A stretch of 64,000 nt of DNA from Tricharina praecox. Lineage: Eukaryota. How positions within the stretch are numbered: the stretch's first letter is position 1; each line of letters starts with the position of its first letter. The notes under the pieces are model-generated. The model saw only the letters and a program-made list of their open reading frames with translations, did not search any database and was not told the DNA's origin. Positions 1 to 11,645 of the stretch are shown here, in pieces. The DNA lies in the NCBI RefSeq assembly GCF_024521635.1, contig NW_026250424.1, positions 1-64,000 on the forward strand. Direction: 5' to 3'. The translations under genes and the position numbers were made by a program.

Positions 1-204
1 GGCCAGGTAGCTCTTTTGTCTTGTGTCGGAGAGTGTTCCTGAATCCTGACTTTCGGAGGATTCATCAGCGGAACAGTGAATATCATTTCATCACGGGCTG
101 ATTGAGTGCATCGATAACGATTGAAACGTTGCCGTTGCCCGTTGCCATTGACGTATCAGCCAGTCACTGTTTTGCCTTCTGCTCCTCTCCAGCCAGAGGT
201 CAAG

Positions 205-3200
205 ATGGCTTCACAGGATTTACCTCTCTCGCGGGTTTCCATCGACAGAGATCCCACGATAGGCATCGGTGAGTTTTGGCCCGTGGGGTTTGCTCCCCTT
301 TCGTGTACGGCAACTGATACGTTTCCACAGCTGCCCCTCCAACCACCATAGCGACGGCTCCACGACTTCTAGATGGCTTCGGTGCCAGTAGTGATGAGAA
401 GATCGCGCCCTCAGACGCCTCGGACACATCCGCAGCAGCAACGGCGAAACCAAAGAAAGATGTCGTGGTCAAGGACAAACCGGTCAAGGCCAAGACCTCC
501 ACTTACTTCTCGCTCCTCCTCCGATCCGGCGCGGAGCCGTTCGACTACTTCCTGTTCACCATCGGCGTCATCGCAGCAGCCGGCGCCGGAGTTCCATTCC
601 CACTGTTGGCGATCCTATTCGGCGAGCTGGTGGACAACCTCAATTCAACATCATCTTCCTGCGGCAATGACACGAGCCCCGGATGGGGCCTGCAGAGCAC
701 TGTCAACACCAAAGTGCTCAACGTGGTGTACGTCACGATCGCGAGTTTCTCGCTGATCTACATCCACTCATTCGCGTTTTCGCTGTTCGGCGAGCGGCTC
801 GTACGGCGGCTGCGGGAGCAGTACTTCACCGCGCTGCTCCGCCAGGAGCCCGCCTTCTTCGATTCGCTGGAGGCCGGTGAGGTCTCGTCGCGGCTCGCCG
901 GAGATCTCGAGGTCATCCAGACCGGAACCTCGGAGAAGGTCGGCATCTGTATCTCGTCGCTGGCGTACTTCATCGCGGCGTATGCGGTCGCCTTCTATAA
1001 GGATGCGAAGCTCACGGCAATGCTCGTCGCCGTCATTCCGGCGTTCTTCATTACCACCACTGTCGGCGGCAAGTACGTCAAGAAATTCACCATCGGCATG
1101 AGCGATCACATCGCCGGCGCTACGGGAATCGTGGCCGAGAGCTTGGGGAATATGCAGATCGTGCTCGCGTTCAATGCGGGTGACAAGCTGGAGGGTATCT
1201 TTGCGAAGCAATTGGAGGCTGCTAGGGATTTGGGGCTGAAGAAGGCGTTCGCATCGGCTACTCAGTTGGGGTCCATGTTCTTCATCGGATATGGAGCGAA
1301 CGCACTGGCTTTCTATCAGGGAAGTAGACATATTGCCGCTGCTGCCGAAGGTGGAGGCGAAACCGGTGGAACGGTTGGTGCTGTTTACACCGTCATCTTT
1401 GTGTTGCTCGATGGTAAGACCTAGCCGGGTGGGATTGCATGTGCGTTGCTTGCTAACCAACGCTATACAGCTTCGTTTATCCTCTCCCAGGTTGCGCCGT
1501 TCCTTCAGATCTTTGGGGCAGCAGCAGGTGCATCGCAGAAGCTGATGGCGACCGTTAAACGCGAGTCCATGATCGACGGTACCCACGAGAGAGGCGGCGC
1601 ATTACCGGACCCGCTCAACGGCGAGCTGGAGCTCCACGATATCTGCTTCACGTATGCGACTCGGCCCGACAGTCAGGTATTGAACAATGTATCGCTGAAG
1701 CTCCCGGCAAACCAGCACACGGCCATCGTCGGAGCTTCCGGCAGCGGAAAGTCCACCATAATTTCCCTCCTGGAGCGCCTATACAATCCCACATCGGGGA
1801 ATATCACTCTCGATGGCGTAGACATCTCGAGCATCAATGTCCGTCTCCTGCGCGGCTCGATGGCACTGGTTCAGCAGGAGCCCACGCTGTTCGATCGTTC
1901 GATTCTGGAGAACATCGCGCTGGGTCTAGTCAACTCCAGTCACCCGGAGCACATTCATCTCAAGGGCGCACTACTGGACTCCAGTCTAGCCGACCTCGCT
2001 AAATCCATCACCAGCGGCACGCCCATCAGCGCGGCCGTAGCCGCCTGCACCCCCGAAGTCAAGGAAATCTACCAGCACGTCCTCGAAGCGACCGAGCAGG
2101 CCGACGCCGCCGCTTTTATTGCGAGCCTTGCCCATGGCGTCGCCACTCGTGTTGGCAGTGCCGGATCGCAGCTGTCGGGTGGTCAGAAGCAGCGGATAGC
2201 GCTGGCACGAGCTCTCATCCGGAAGCCGAAGATTCTTTTGCTCGACGAAGCTACCGCTGCCCTGGACTCGAAGAGTGAGACCCTCATCCAGAAGGCTTTG
2301 GATAAGGCCGCTATCGGACGCACCACGGTGTCGGTGGCCCACAGACTCTCGACCGTTAAGAAGGCGGATTGGATCGTGGTTATGGAGAAGGGACGCGTAC
2401 TGGAAAGGGGAACGCACAGGGAACTGACCGAACTCAATGGGCGTTATGCCGAGCTGGTGCGTTTGCAAAGCTTGGTCCACGACAACATCTCGAAGGCGTC
2501 CACGATCGCGGAGGAGGAGGCGACCGTGTCCGAGGTTCGGACTACGGAGAAGGCAGCGTTCATCGAGGCGACCAGCGAAAAGACCAAGGAAGAAAATGAA
2601 AACCAAATAGCGCCTGCTGCCAAGGGGTTCGACAAACCTACGATGGCGCTTGGCGAAACCATCAGCGGTATCGGTCGTCTCGCGAAGCCACAGACACTGC
2701 TCATCATCCTCGGTCTGATCACCTCCGCCATCATCGGAGGTATATACTCCGCCGAGGCGGTAGTGTTTGGAAATACCATCGATGCCTTGAACCCGTGCCA
2801 GGGTGCCGACGATGTGCGGTCCGCCGGTAAATTCTTCGGTCTCCTCTTCTTCATACTCGCCCTGGTGGAAGTCTCCTGCTACATCGTCAATGGCTCTTCA
2901 TTCGGATGGGTGGCCGAGAAGATGCTTTACCGCGTCAGGGTGCTATCGCTTCGCTCTTTGCTCCATCAAGATATGTCATGGCATGAGTCCGACGGCCGCA
3001 ACCCTACAAACCTCCTTTCCTACATTTCCAGCGACGCCAACTCGCTGGGTGCCCTGACGGGTGTTATCCTGGGCACAGTCTTTACCATCATCGTCAACAT
3101 GATCACGGGTATCGTACTGGCACACGTGATTGCCTGGAAGATTGCCGTGGTGCTTCTTGCAACGGTTCCGATCCTCCTGGCATCCGGTTTCATGCGTCTC

Positions 3201-4496
3201 CGCGTCCTCGCGGACTTCCAGACCCGCCACCAGAAAGCTTTCGCCGAGTCCGTCGGCATCACCGTCGAGGCCGTTTCCGCCATCAAGACCATCGCACCGT
3301 TCTCCCTCGAGAAGGAATCACTCCAGGTGTATCGGCGTTCGTTGGCGGGTCCCTACAAAGCCACTCTCAAGGCGATCGCGTACGGAAACTTCTGGCTGGC
3401 GATGGCATTCTCCATCTCGAACTTAGTCTACGCACTCGCCTACTGGTGGGGAACCAAGCAGATCGTCACGGGTCTCTACAGTCAGACGCAATTCTTCATC
3501 GTTCTTCCGGCGCTGCTCTTCTCCGCCCAGTCCTGTGGCCAGATGTTTTCCCTCGCCCCGGATCTGACCAAGGCCCGCATCTCTGCCGGGAACATCCTGC
3601 ACCTGCTCAGCATCGGTCCGGGAACCATGCTGGAAGAAGACACCACGCACTCCCCACTGTCGCTCCGCAAGAAACCCAACGACCCCGAGAAGGACGTTTC
3701 GCACAGCGACACGCACCTGCTGCCGTCGCCAGACGCGCCCTTCCACGGCCTCGACGTAACCTTCACCGACATCTCCTTCTCCTACCCCTCCCGACCGCAC
3801 GCGCGGGTTCTTAGCTGCCTCAACCTGCACATCCCCGCCGGCTCCTTCGGCGCGCTCGTTGGCCCCTCCGGCGCCGGCAAATCGACGATCCTTCACCTAC
3901 TCGAGAAATTCTACGCGCCGCACTCCGGACGGATCACCGTGGACGGCCGCGACATTGCCTCACTGTCACCTTTGGCACTTCGCACCGACATCGCACTCGT
4001 TCCGCAGGAGGGCATCCTGTTCGCGGGATCCGTACGCTTCAACATCTGCCTGGGCGCGCGACCGGGCCACGAGCCAAGCCACGAGGAGCTCGAGGCCGCG
4101 TGCCGCCTCGCAAACATCCACGATACGATCATGGAGCTGCCCGACGGCTACGACACACTGTGTGGGCCTGGCGGCCGCAGCTTCAGCGGTGGGCAGAAGC
4201 AACGACTGTCGATTGCCCGCGCGCTGATTAGGAAGCCGCGCCTGCTGCTGCTCGATGAGCCCACGTCTGCGCTGGATGCGGAGGCGGAGAGGGTGCTCCA
4301 GGGTGCCCTGGAGGGCGTGATGAAGCGGGGGTGCACGGTTGTCGCGATCGCACATAGGCTGGTCACCGTTAGGCGCGCGAATAGGATCTTTTATATCTCT
4401 GGCGGTCAGGTGTCGGATTTTGGAACGCATGAGGAGCTGCTAGGGCGCTGCGAAGGTTATGCGGACAGTGTCAGGGCGCAGATGGTTGAGAGTTGA
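205..4496 (+). CDS. Full-size ABCB/MDR (P-glycoprotein-type) transporter, TMD-NBD-TMD-NBD, ~1390 aa; probable siderophore exporter. Exons 205-268, 331-1413, 1471-4496
   Basis: Two NBDs with Walker A (GASGSGKS, GPSGAGKS), signature (LSGGQKQR, FSGGQKQR) and Walker B (LLLDEAT, LLLDEPT), plus two hydrophobic TMDs. Introns 269-330 (GTGAGT..CTGAT..CAG) and 1414-1470 (GTAAGA..CTAAC..CAG) join the ORFs in frame. The export role is inferred from cluster context. Confidence 0.92.
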
Positions 4497-5118
4497 GGGT
4501 TGAAGGTTGAGGATTGAGGATGACGCGGATGAGATATGTGCCATGTGAGAGATGAGATATGTGCCATGTGAGAGATGCGAAAAGCGGTGTGATGTGGTGT
4601 GGTGGTTTGAGTGTTTTGCTTTCGTTTATATGTATGCTTTTTTAATTGGTTAGATTATGATATGATTGGATTCTATGATTGCAGTAATGTGTGACTCGAT
4701 TCTTCGGAGAGCTCGAGTGTTCTCCCCTAAATGTCCGGCTCAATCAACTCCCATTACCTACTCTGCTCTTCACCAACGGCTTTCCGCCATTCTCAGAGAG
4801 GTCGGTATGCATGATGTCTCCAAACTTGCTCACGGGTGAACACAACCGATGATACTTCACTAGGCGTTAACTTGCCTTTGGGACGCGTCTTCCGCCGAAG
4901 TTTCGGTAGGCTCTCGAGTCGCCTGGGACACAAATACCCCATACTAAAAATTCGTCACGATTTAGATGAACACTTCCAAGTTCCAATCCCAAGGTTCATC
5001 AGATTACAACCTCTGCCTCGGGTACGTAGGTACAAACTACCTTCAATCCGGCAAATTCGTCGCGACACGGCAAGAGAAGTGGGTCATCACCGGCGACAAT
5101 TGCACAGCAAGTATTTAC

Positions 5119-5914
5119 ATCTGATACGGAAGTCTGGCCATGCCCCGACATGCACAACCGGCCGGCCAACTGCGAAAGCCATGGAAAGTGGCGCAAAAAC
5201 ATGTTTCCGCCGGTCGTCTACGCAACCAGGCTAACTATCAGGAGCTACCAGCAGCCCACGGCCAAGTCAGCAATTCCTCGCGAGGTGGAGGGTGGGGTAT
5301 CAGATCCTTCAAAGTGGGGGAGCGTCACCCAGCTTCCCGTTCCATCATGGCTATTTTTCTTCACGGCGTCTCCGATCCGCAGCGCTGTGCGACCAGGAAA
5401 GGTTATCAGATCCTTCAATCGATCTGGTCGATTGAGCACCACAAACCCGGAATAACCTGTTCGGGATGCTCCTGCATACAGTACCGCAGATGGCCACAAC
5501 AAGCACCGCGATGAAACTTGGTTATCAGATCCTTCAATTTCCCCCCATCGGCGCCCACTCTCAAGTGTGAATCCCCGACCCGCCGATGTCCCCATAGGGC
5601 ACGCCCAGCCGTGGTTGTCGGTAACTATATACTGACCCCCCGACAAAGAAGTGTAGAGAGTCATAACCATGGTGGGAGCCCCGCCCCGGCTCCAGTCGCC
5701 ACTGTTTTCTGGATCCATCCTCCGGCTCCGGAAGGAAAGAAAAAAATTCAGTTCGCGTTCGTCTGGCTCAGGCGCTAATCGCATCTGATATCGTTAAACA
5801 CTTTGCCGATCATTGCATCCTGGATCCTTGCCGTAGAGGTTAGTTCTGCATGGGCATGCAGGCCACCATCAGATATCGCTTCGACCGGGGGGAGGTGAGG
5901 CATTTTTATCTGAT
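5119..5914. promoter_or_regulatory. Cluster of SreA/Sre1-type iron-repressor GATA boxes upstream of sidF
   Basis: Perfect ATCWGATAA on the minus strand at 5403-5411, 5522-5530 and 5906-5914. One-mismatch copies at 5119, 5297, 5783 and 5868. Confidence 0.75.
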
Positions 5915-6242
5915 GGTGGTCGGCGCGGGGAAGAGGTGTGGATGTTTGTAGCATGTCGGGACTGGGCAGGCCGTTGAAGCGGGCAGCTTGCACCTTGCAG
6001 CTTGCAGGCATGGGTACAACATCGTGATGTGCCGAGGTCCGTATTATTTTTTGACAACGATTGGGCGCCGTGATGACTGATGATGCGGAAAGAATTCCCC
6101 ACGCGACTCCGTTGCTCACCCGGTTCTGGTCGTCTGTAGTTCATAATTATAGCTGATGGGAAAGTTAGTTTCTTGAATAGAACGGTGATATCCTGTGAGT
6201 ATCTTGATCTTCCGTGTGTATTGAAGCAACCAGCAAGCAATC

Positions 6243-7550
6243 ATGTCGTCGCCGCAACTGCAGATCCCCGCCGTCCGCCTTCCCCACCCCTACCTGACCG
6301 CCTACACTCTCCACCCCGCCGCCGCTCCGCTCTCCTACCGCCTTGTTCTCAGCACATCACAGCCCGCCGACGCGACCCTCCCTCCTCAGCTCCTCCACAA
6401 TGAGTCTCTCTCCTTCACCTTGCCCGCTACCACGCAAGGCGCCCCCTCCGCCGACAGTGACAACACCCCATACGCGCGCGCCCGCCGCTCCCTCCACTCC
6501 ATAATTTTCTGGACCGCCGAAACCACACCCACCGTCGGCCAGCTATGGCTCCTGACATATGTGCTCTTCACCTCCTACCACGCACAAGAAACCATCCGCA
6601 TCACGCTCTCGGGGCCCAACTCCGCGTCACTGCGGAAGGCCGCCCTGGCCGCCTTTCTGGCCCTACCCCACCCCTTCCCCACCACACCCGTAATCCCATA
6701 CCCGGATACGAGCTGGAGCACCGACGAGTTGCTCCTCTCGCGCTCAACCTTCTGGCAAGGCGCGGGCTCACCGTTCGGCCCGCGCGCCGCCTGGGTCACC
6801 GACCCATCCACCCTGCTCCCCACCGCGCCGCAAGTCGTCGAGTACACCTTCACGACGAAGTTCCCTAGCACGCGGGTGTACGTGCGGCACCCGATGCGGC
6901 CGTGCAAGCCCGCGCCGGGCAGCACCGTGTACTCGCGGTGGATCCCGCACCTGAACGAGGTGTTTACCATGGTCGCGGTGGACTGGCGCGACGCGGCGCA
7001 TCTGGATGCGTTCCACACGTGGCAGAACGACCCGCACGTGTCCGCCGGGTGGAATCAGAGCGGGCCGGTCGAGGAGCATAGGAAGTACCTCCAGGATAAC
7101 GAGGAGGACCCGCATATCCTCTCCGTCCTTGGATCGTTCGACGGCGAGCTCTTTGGGTACTTTGAGGTGTATTGGGGCGCCGAGGACCATCTCGGTGCGT
7201 ACTATAGGTTTGAGGATTGGGATCGAGGCAGGCACTCGCTCGTTGGAAATCGACGGCTGAGAGGCGCACACAGGGTTCGCGCCTGGTGGAGTGGGCTCAT
7301 GCATTATTGCTTCTTGGATGACTCACGGACGCAGAGACTCGTCGGTGAGCCCAGAGAGAGCAATAGTGTCGTCGCACAGTATGATCGTGACCACGGCTTC
7401 TGGCATGAGGGTACTGTGGACTTACCGCATAAGAGGGCGCATCTGGCGATAGTCACTAGGGAGAGATTTTTCAAGCTGGCGGCACTACATTGGGGTGACG
7501 AGAGTGGGATTGAGGGTGAGAGGGTTAAGAAGGTGGAGGCGAAGCTTTAG
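6243..7550 (+). CDS. sidF: N5-hydroxyornithine acyltransferase (SidF-like, C-terminal AlcB/IucB GNAT domain), 435 aa, intronless, PTS1 -AKL
   Basis: N-terminal LPHPYLT, FWQGAGSPFG and HPxRPxKPAPGSTVYSR motifs. GNAT region FHTWQNDPHV..GYFEVYW..DRGRHSLVG..VGEPR..DLPHKRA. Ends in AKL*. Confidence 0.85.
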   Translation: MSSPQLQIPAVRLPHPYLTAYTLHPAAAPLSYRLVLSTSQPADATLPPQLLHNESLSFTLPATTQGAPSADSDNTPYARARRSLHSIIFWTAETTPTVGQLWLLTYVLFTSYHAQETIRITLSGPNSASLRKAALAAFLALPHPFPTTPVIPYPDTSWSTDELLLSRSTFWQGAGSPFGPRAAWVTDPSTLLPTAPQVVEYTFTTKFPSTRVYVRHPMRPCKPAPGSTVYSRWIPHLNEVFTMVAVDWRDAAHLDAFHTWQNDPHVSAGWNQSGPVEEHRKYLQDNEEDPHILSVLGSFDGELFGYFEVYWGAEDHLGAYYRFEDWDRGRHSLVGNRRLRGAHRVRAWWSGLMHYCFLDDSRTQRLVGEPRESNSVVAQYDRDHGFWHEGTVDLPHKRAHLAIVTRERFFKLAALHWGDESGIEGERVKKVEAKL

Positions 7551-7734
7551 GTAGTTGGAATGCATGTACATAACCTAATTCACGGGCGATCACGAAAACG
7601 CACGGTATGTGTGGCGTAACGTCCATCACCATGATATACAGAGAACAATCGCAAATGCATTTCATAATCATTATGTGCTTTTTTCCCAAAACGATAAACC
7701 CAAGACGTGATAACACAACACCAGTACACAAAAG

Positions 7735-9540
7735 CTACGCCATCATACCGCCCTTGTCCCTCGGCCTTCTCGTCGGCCTGACATCCTTCACCACTGGCGT
7801 CCTGACCCCGTTGACGATCTCCTCCGCCGCCGTTCTCAGCCCCGGCTTCAGTATCTTCCCACTGCCTGTCTTGGGCCAATCCTCGACCGCCTCGCCCCGG
7901 CCCACCCAGAAGACGTACTGCGGCGCCTTGAACCTTGCAAGCCTCTGCCTACACCAATCTCGAACCTCCTCGTCCGACGTCCTCTCGCCCTGCAAGAAGC
8001 ACCCCACAGCCTCACCGTACTTCTCATCCTTGACGCCGACGACAGCGGCGGCCTCAATACGGGGGTGCTCGACGAGACGCTCCTCGATCTCAGCGGGGTA
8101 TATATTCTCTCCGCCGCGAATGACGATATCCTTAAACCTACCGGTGATGACGCAGTGCCCCTCATCATCGAAATACGCCTCATCACCCGTATGTAGCCAC
8201 CTCCTACCGTCCTCATGCACCCTAAACGTCTCCCTAGTCTTATCCGGTGCGCGAAAGTACCCGCCACTCAGCGCGTAACCAGCTATACACAGCTCTCCAC
8301 GCACTCCGACGGGCACGGGCGCAGTGGTGCCGGACACCACGACCTTCGCTGATATGTGCGGCATGATCTTGCCGACTGTGCGCAGCCGCAGGTCCAGCCG
8401 CGTGTCCGTGTGCGCGTTGAAGCACGTCGGCGACGCCTCCGTCAGCCCGTACGACGATGTGTACTCACGCATGCCCAGCTCCGAGAATAGTCGCTTCATC
8501 AATGGCGCGGGGACCGGCGAGCCCGCGATTATCCCTGTGCGCAGCGAGGAGCGCCAGCCTGCTGGCCGAGGCAGGGAGAGCAGCGCCGAGAACATCGTTG
8601 GTACGCCGTGAAGGGCTGTGCAGGAGTGGGAGTTTATCGCGGTGAGCACCGCGGACGGGTCGAATGTCTCCGAGGGGAGCACGATCGAGGCGCCGTGGTT
8701 GATGCATGCGAGAAGGCCCAGGACTAGGCCGAAGCAGTGGAATAGTGGTGGTGGACAGCAGAGGATGTCGGCCGGGGTGAAGTCCATGCGCTGGCCGATG
8801 AAGAGGGAGTTGTTGACCAGATTGTGGTGGGAGAGCATTGCTGCCTTGGGGTTTCCCGTACTGCCGGAGGTGAATTGGAGGTTCACCAGATCATGCATCG
8901 AAGTCTTTGCTTCTGCGGCCTTCAGATCCGCCGACTCGACCGCCTGTCCCGCCGTGATCACATCCGCGTACGTCGGGAAATCGGTATAAGTCCCGCGCAG
9001 GATCACGACGAGCTCCAGCGTCCCCTGCGGTGTCGTCTGTGTGCTCAGAGACGCCGCATTATCGTGTCTCCCAATCGTCGGCGTGATGAAGAGCACCTTG
9101 CACCCCGTGTGTGCCACGGCAAAGTCAAGCTCCGTAGTGGTATATGTGTTGTTCAGCACTACCAGGACTGCGCCGACTCGCGCCACGGCAAAGAACACCG
9201 CTACGTACTCGGCGCTGTTGCCTGCCATGATGCCGATGCGGTCGCCGTGCCCGACTCCCAGCGCCAGGAGCCCCCGCGCCAGCCGGTCGGCCTCCCCATC
9301 GAGGTCGGCGTAGGTCCATGCTGTGGACGTCCATGGAACCGTGACTGCTGGGCGCTCGGCGAAACGGGTAGCTTGTGTGCGGAGGAGGGAACCGAGCGTC
9401 AGCGTCAGCAGCGGTGTCGACGTTGGGCCGTGGAGGACGGAGAGTCGTGGTAGCTCATGGGAGTGGCGGAGGTGGGCGAGTGTTTGCTGGAGACGCTGTA
9501 GCGCTGTGCCGGACGGGGAGAAATGGGTTTGTTCTGCCAT
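7735..9540 (-). CDS. sidI: AMP-binding acyl-CoA ligase, SidI-like (mevalonyl-CoA ligase), 601 aa, intronless, N-terminal PTS2
   Basis: Motifs QFTSGSTGNPK, YGLTE, WLHTGD, GRFKDIVIRGGENIYP and PKTGSGKI. PTS2 RLQQTLAHL at residues 16-24 (9469-9495). The first ATG is at 9540; the ORF track start at 9618 is TTG. Confidence 0.85.
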   Translation of the reverse strand: MAEQTHFSPSGTALQRLQQTLAHLRHSHELPRLSVLHGPTSTPLLTLTLGSLLRTQATRFAERPAVTVPWTSTAWTYADLDGEADRLARGLLALGVGHGDRIGIMAGNSAEYVAVFFAVARVGAVLVVLNNTYTTTELDFAVAHTGCKVLFITPTIGRHDNAASLSTQTTPQGTLELVVILRGTYTDFPTYADVITAGQAVESADLKAAEAKTSMHDLVNLQFTSGSTGNPKAAMLSHHNLVNNSLFIGQRMDFTPADILCCPPPLFHCFGLVLGLLACINHGASIVLPSETFDPSAVLTAINSHSCTALHGVPTMFSALLSLPRPAGWRSSLRTGIIAGSPVPAPLMKRLFSELGMREYTSSYGLTEASPTCFNAHTDTRLDLRLRTVGKIMPHISAKVVVSGTTAPVPVGVRGELCIAGYALSGGYFRAPDKTRETFRVHEDGRRWLHTGDEAYFDDEGHCVITGRFKDIVIRGGENIYPAEIEERLVEHPRIEAAAVVGVKDEKYGEAVGCFLQGERTSDEEVRDWCRQRLARFKAPQYVFWVGRGEAVEDWPKTGSGKILKPGLRTAAEEIVNGVRTPVVKDVRPTRRPRDKGGMMA

Positions 9541-10617
9541 CTTTGGGGAGAGCTCAATGGACGACGGAGATCTTTGCGATGAGATGTTCTTTCCTTCAAG
9601 TGTCTGGTATGTACTCAATGCCGGCTAACTATACCACTGGAGATATTTTCCAGCTTCTCGGGACACTATACAAATCGTGTGTTTATTTAATGTCTGCCTG
9701 CTTGCTTGCCATCCTATCCATCCAGTCGATATTCCGAGATGGCTTACCCATGAATTGACCACTGGAGCTAGGAGCCTAAGACTGGCGGCCTCGCCGTGCT
9801 TCCGTGAAGACTGATTCTCCAGGGGGGGAAGAGCTGGCAGTGGCCAAAATGCAGGATATCAGTCTCGGATACCCGGAAGATCCGGTCCTCGACTTCCACC
9901 TCCACCTCCACTACTCTGCATCCACCCACTCACTCACCACATTTCCCCATTAGCGGTAGGTTTTGTTTCCCACCTTCAGGGAATCCCCGAATGTCAGAGT
10001 CAGAATCTCGATCGTGATCGGAGTTGCCCACTCCTGCGTCCTCGGTCTTCGGCGGCACGAGCATGAAGATTAAACCACTGGCCAGTCGAATCGGCTCGCA
10101 AGGGCCCCACATGCCATATGCAGGCTTCTAGATACCCTGGAGTTCGTTGATCGCATTCCACCTGAATAAGTTCACCATCGAATATCCGATCATCAGCACT
10201 CTGATAGTGCCATGTAACCCCTCATCCTATCTAAGCTTCCTCTTTCCCCACCAACGAACCGAAGGAGTAGGCCACCAGTTAGTAGGCGCCTACCTACTAT
10301 ATCGAGAATAACCAGCCAGAAAAAATCTCTGCTTGCCGATGCTGTATGGAGTAGTCAACGAGCTGCCGCTGGGGGGAGGTCCAAAGGGACATCTGTACCC
10401 GATCTAATCAGATCACGCAGGAACGCCATGCATGATGCATCGCACCACTTCCTTTTGCCTCGGATCTGGCCCGCGCAATCAATCAATCTACTACTACTAT
10501 GAGTACGGTACGTAATCAATTGCTAGTAGTTACCGAGCAATTGCTGGTTGGGTCCTCCGCCGGTTTTCGGTCTCCTCGGAAATCCAGAGTGCGTCTCCGC
10601 CCGCTTCCGACCCCATG

Positions 10618-11198
10618 ATCTGATAAATCGTCGCGGCTGGAAGCATCAGATAAAATTTTCCTGCAAGGGCTACCTCTTAGTGAAGTGCGTAGAGTGCGGT
10701 ACTCTACCTTCCCAAACATCTCCCTCCCACCGACCGGGCACCAGGGCTGGGAAGGGGGAAGGAGGGCAGGGAAGGGGGGGTGCGGTTAAAGTTATCAGAT
10801 GTGTCTCGAGCGCCGTGCTGTGAGTGTTCACGTCAAGTACGTGATCCATGTTATACGTCATTCTCCTCCGACATGTGCCGACCGACCCCTGGCTGGTCAC
10901 TGGTGCGGTGCGCTGTGCGATTATCAGATGGTCGATCGGCGTAAATAATACCTTGGCGAGGATTGGAAAAAATAAAAAATAAATATTGGTCGTCTCGGGG
11001 ATGGAGACTACCGGGCTGGAGGGAGCCTGGACGATGGGCAGGACATATCTGATCCGAAATTCCGCAGGATCTAGGCGAGGGTGTGGTGTGTGCCCTCCCG
11101 TCCCCCTCCTGTAACCGCAAACGCTAAACGGCCTACTATTCGTACTTCATGCATGTTTTTGGTCCTGATGCTAGTTTGTCTATCGCAAGATATCTGAT
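10618..11198. promoter_or_regulatory. SreA-type GATA boxes in the divergent sidI/NRPS promoter
   Basis: Perfect ATCWGATAA at 10618-10626 (+), 10645-10653 (+), 10792-10800 (-) and 10921-10929 (-). ATCAGATAT variants on the minus strand at 11045 and 11190. Confidence 0.75.
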
Positions 11199-11645
11199 GG
11201 CGGGGTGGGGGGGTAAAGATCGGGACATCTGATTGTAGCCCGACGAGGGTGGAAACGAAGAGCTCCTCAGATCGGAGACCTCCTCGGGTAGTTTGGGTAT
11301 GCAAGGAAAAAAATCACCTTGAGCACTCGCCCGCCGCGTCGTCAGGAATAGTAGTGGCTCCAGGCTCCCCGCTCTCGGTCTCCGTGCCTTCTACTCTACA
11401 TACACGGCGCACTAGAGTACCTGACCAGGGAGAGAAGAGCTCATCTCATCGTCTAGCTTCACAGTGCGCGTGTTCCATTCCATCTCATTGCTCTTTCGAC
11501 AGGATCACCGTCAGCTCAGGACTGTTCACATCCATCTTTCCCATTGTACCTCTCCCGCAAACCCCATAGCGATTCCGGGTCCCAGTATCCCTCCCTCCCT
11601 CCCCCAATCACATAACATAACGAACCGGAAAGGAACCCAGGAATC

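Noticed and set aside
4700..5150. Possible small gene or pseudogene between the ABC transporter and sidF
   Set aside because: No consistent ORF, splice model or family motif could be built.
5297..5540. Repeat-spacer pattern resembling a CRISPR array
   Set aside because: The repeats are only 15 bp, the spacers are ~90-105 bp, the context is eukaryotic, there are no cas genes, and the core is a GATA-factor site.
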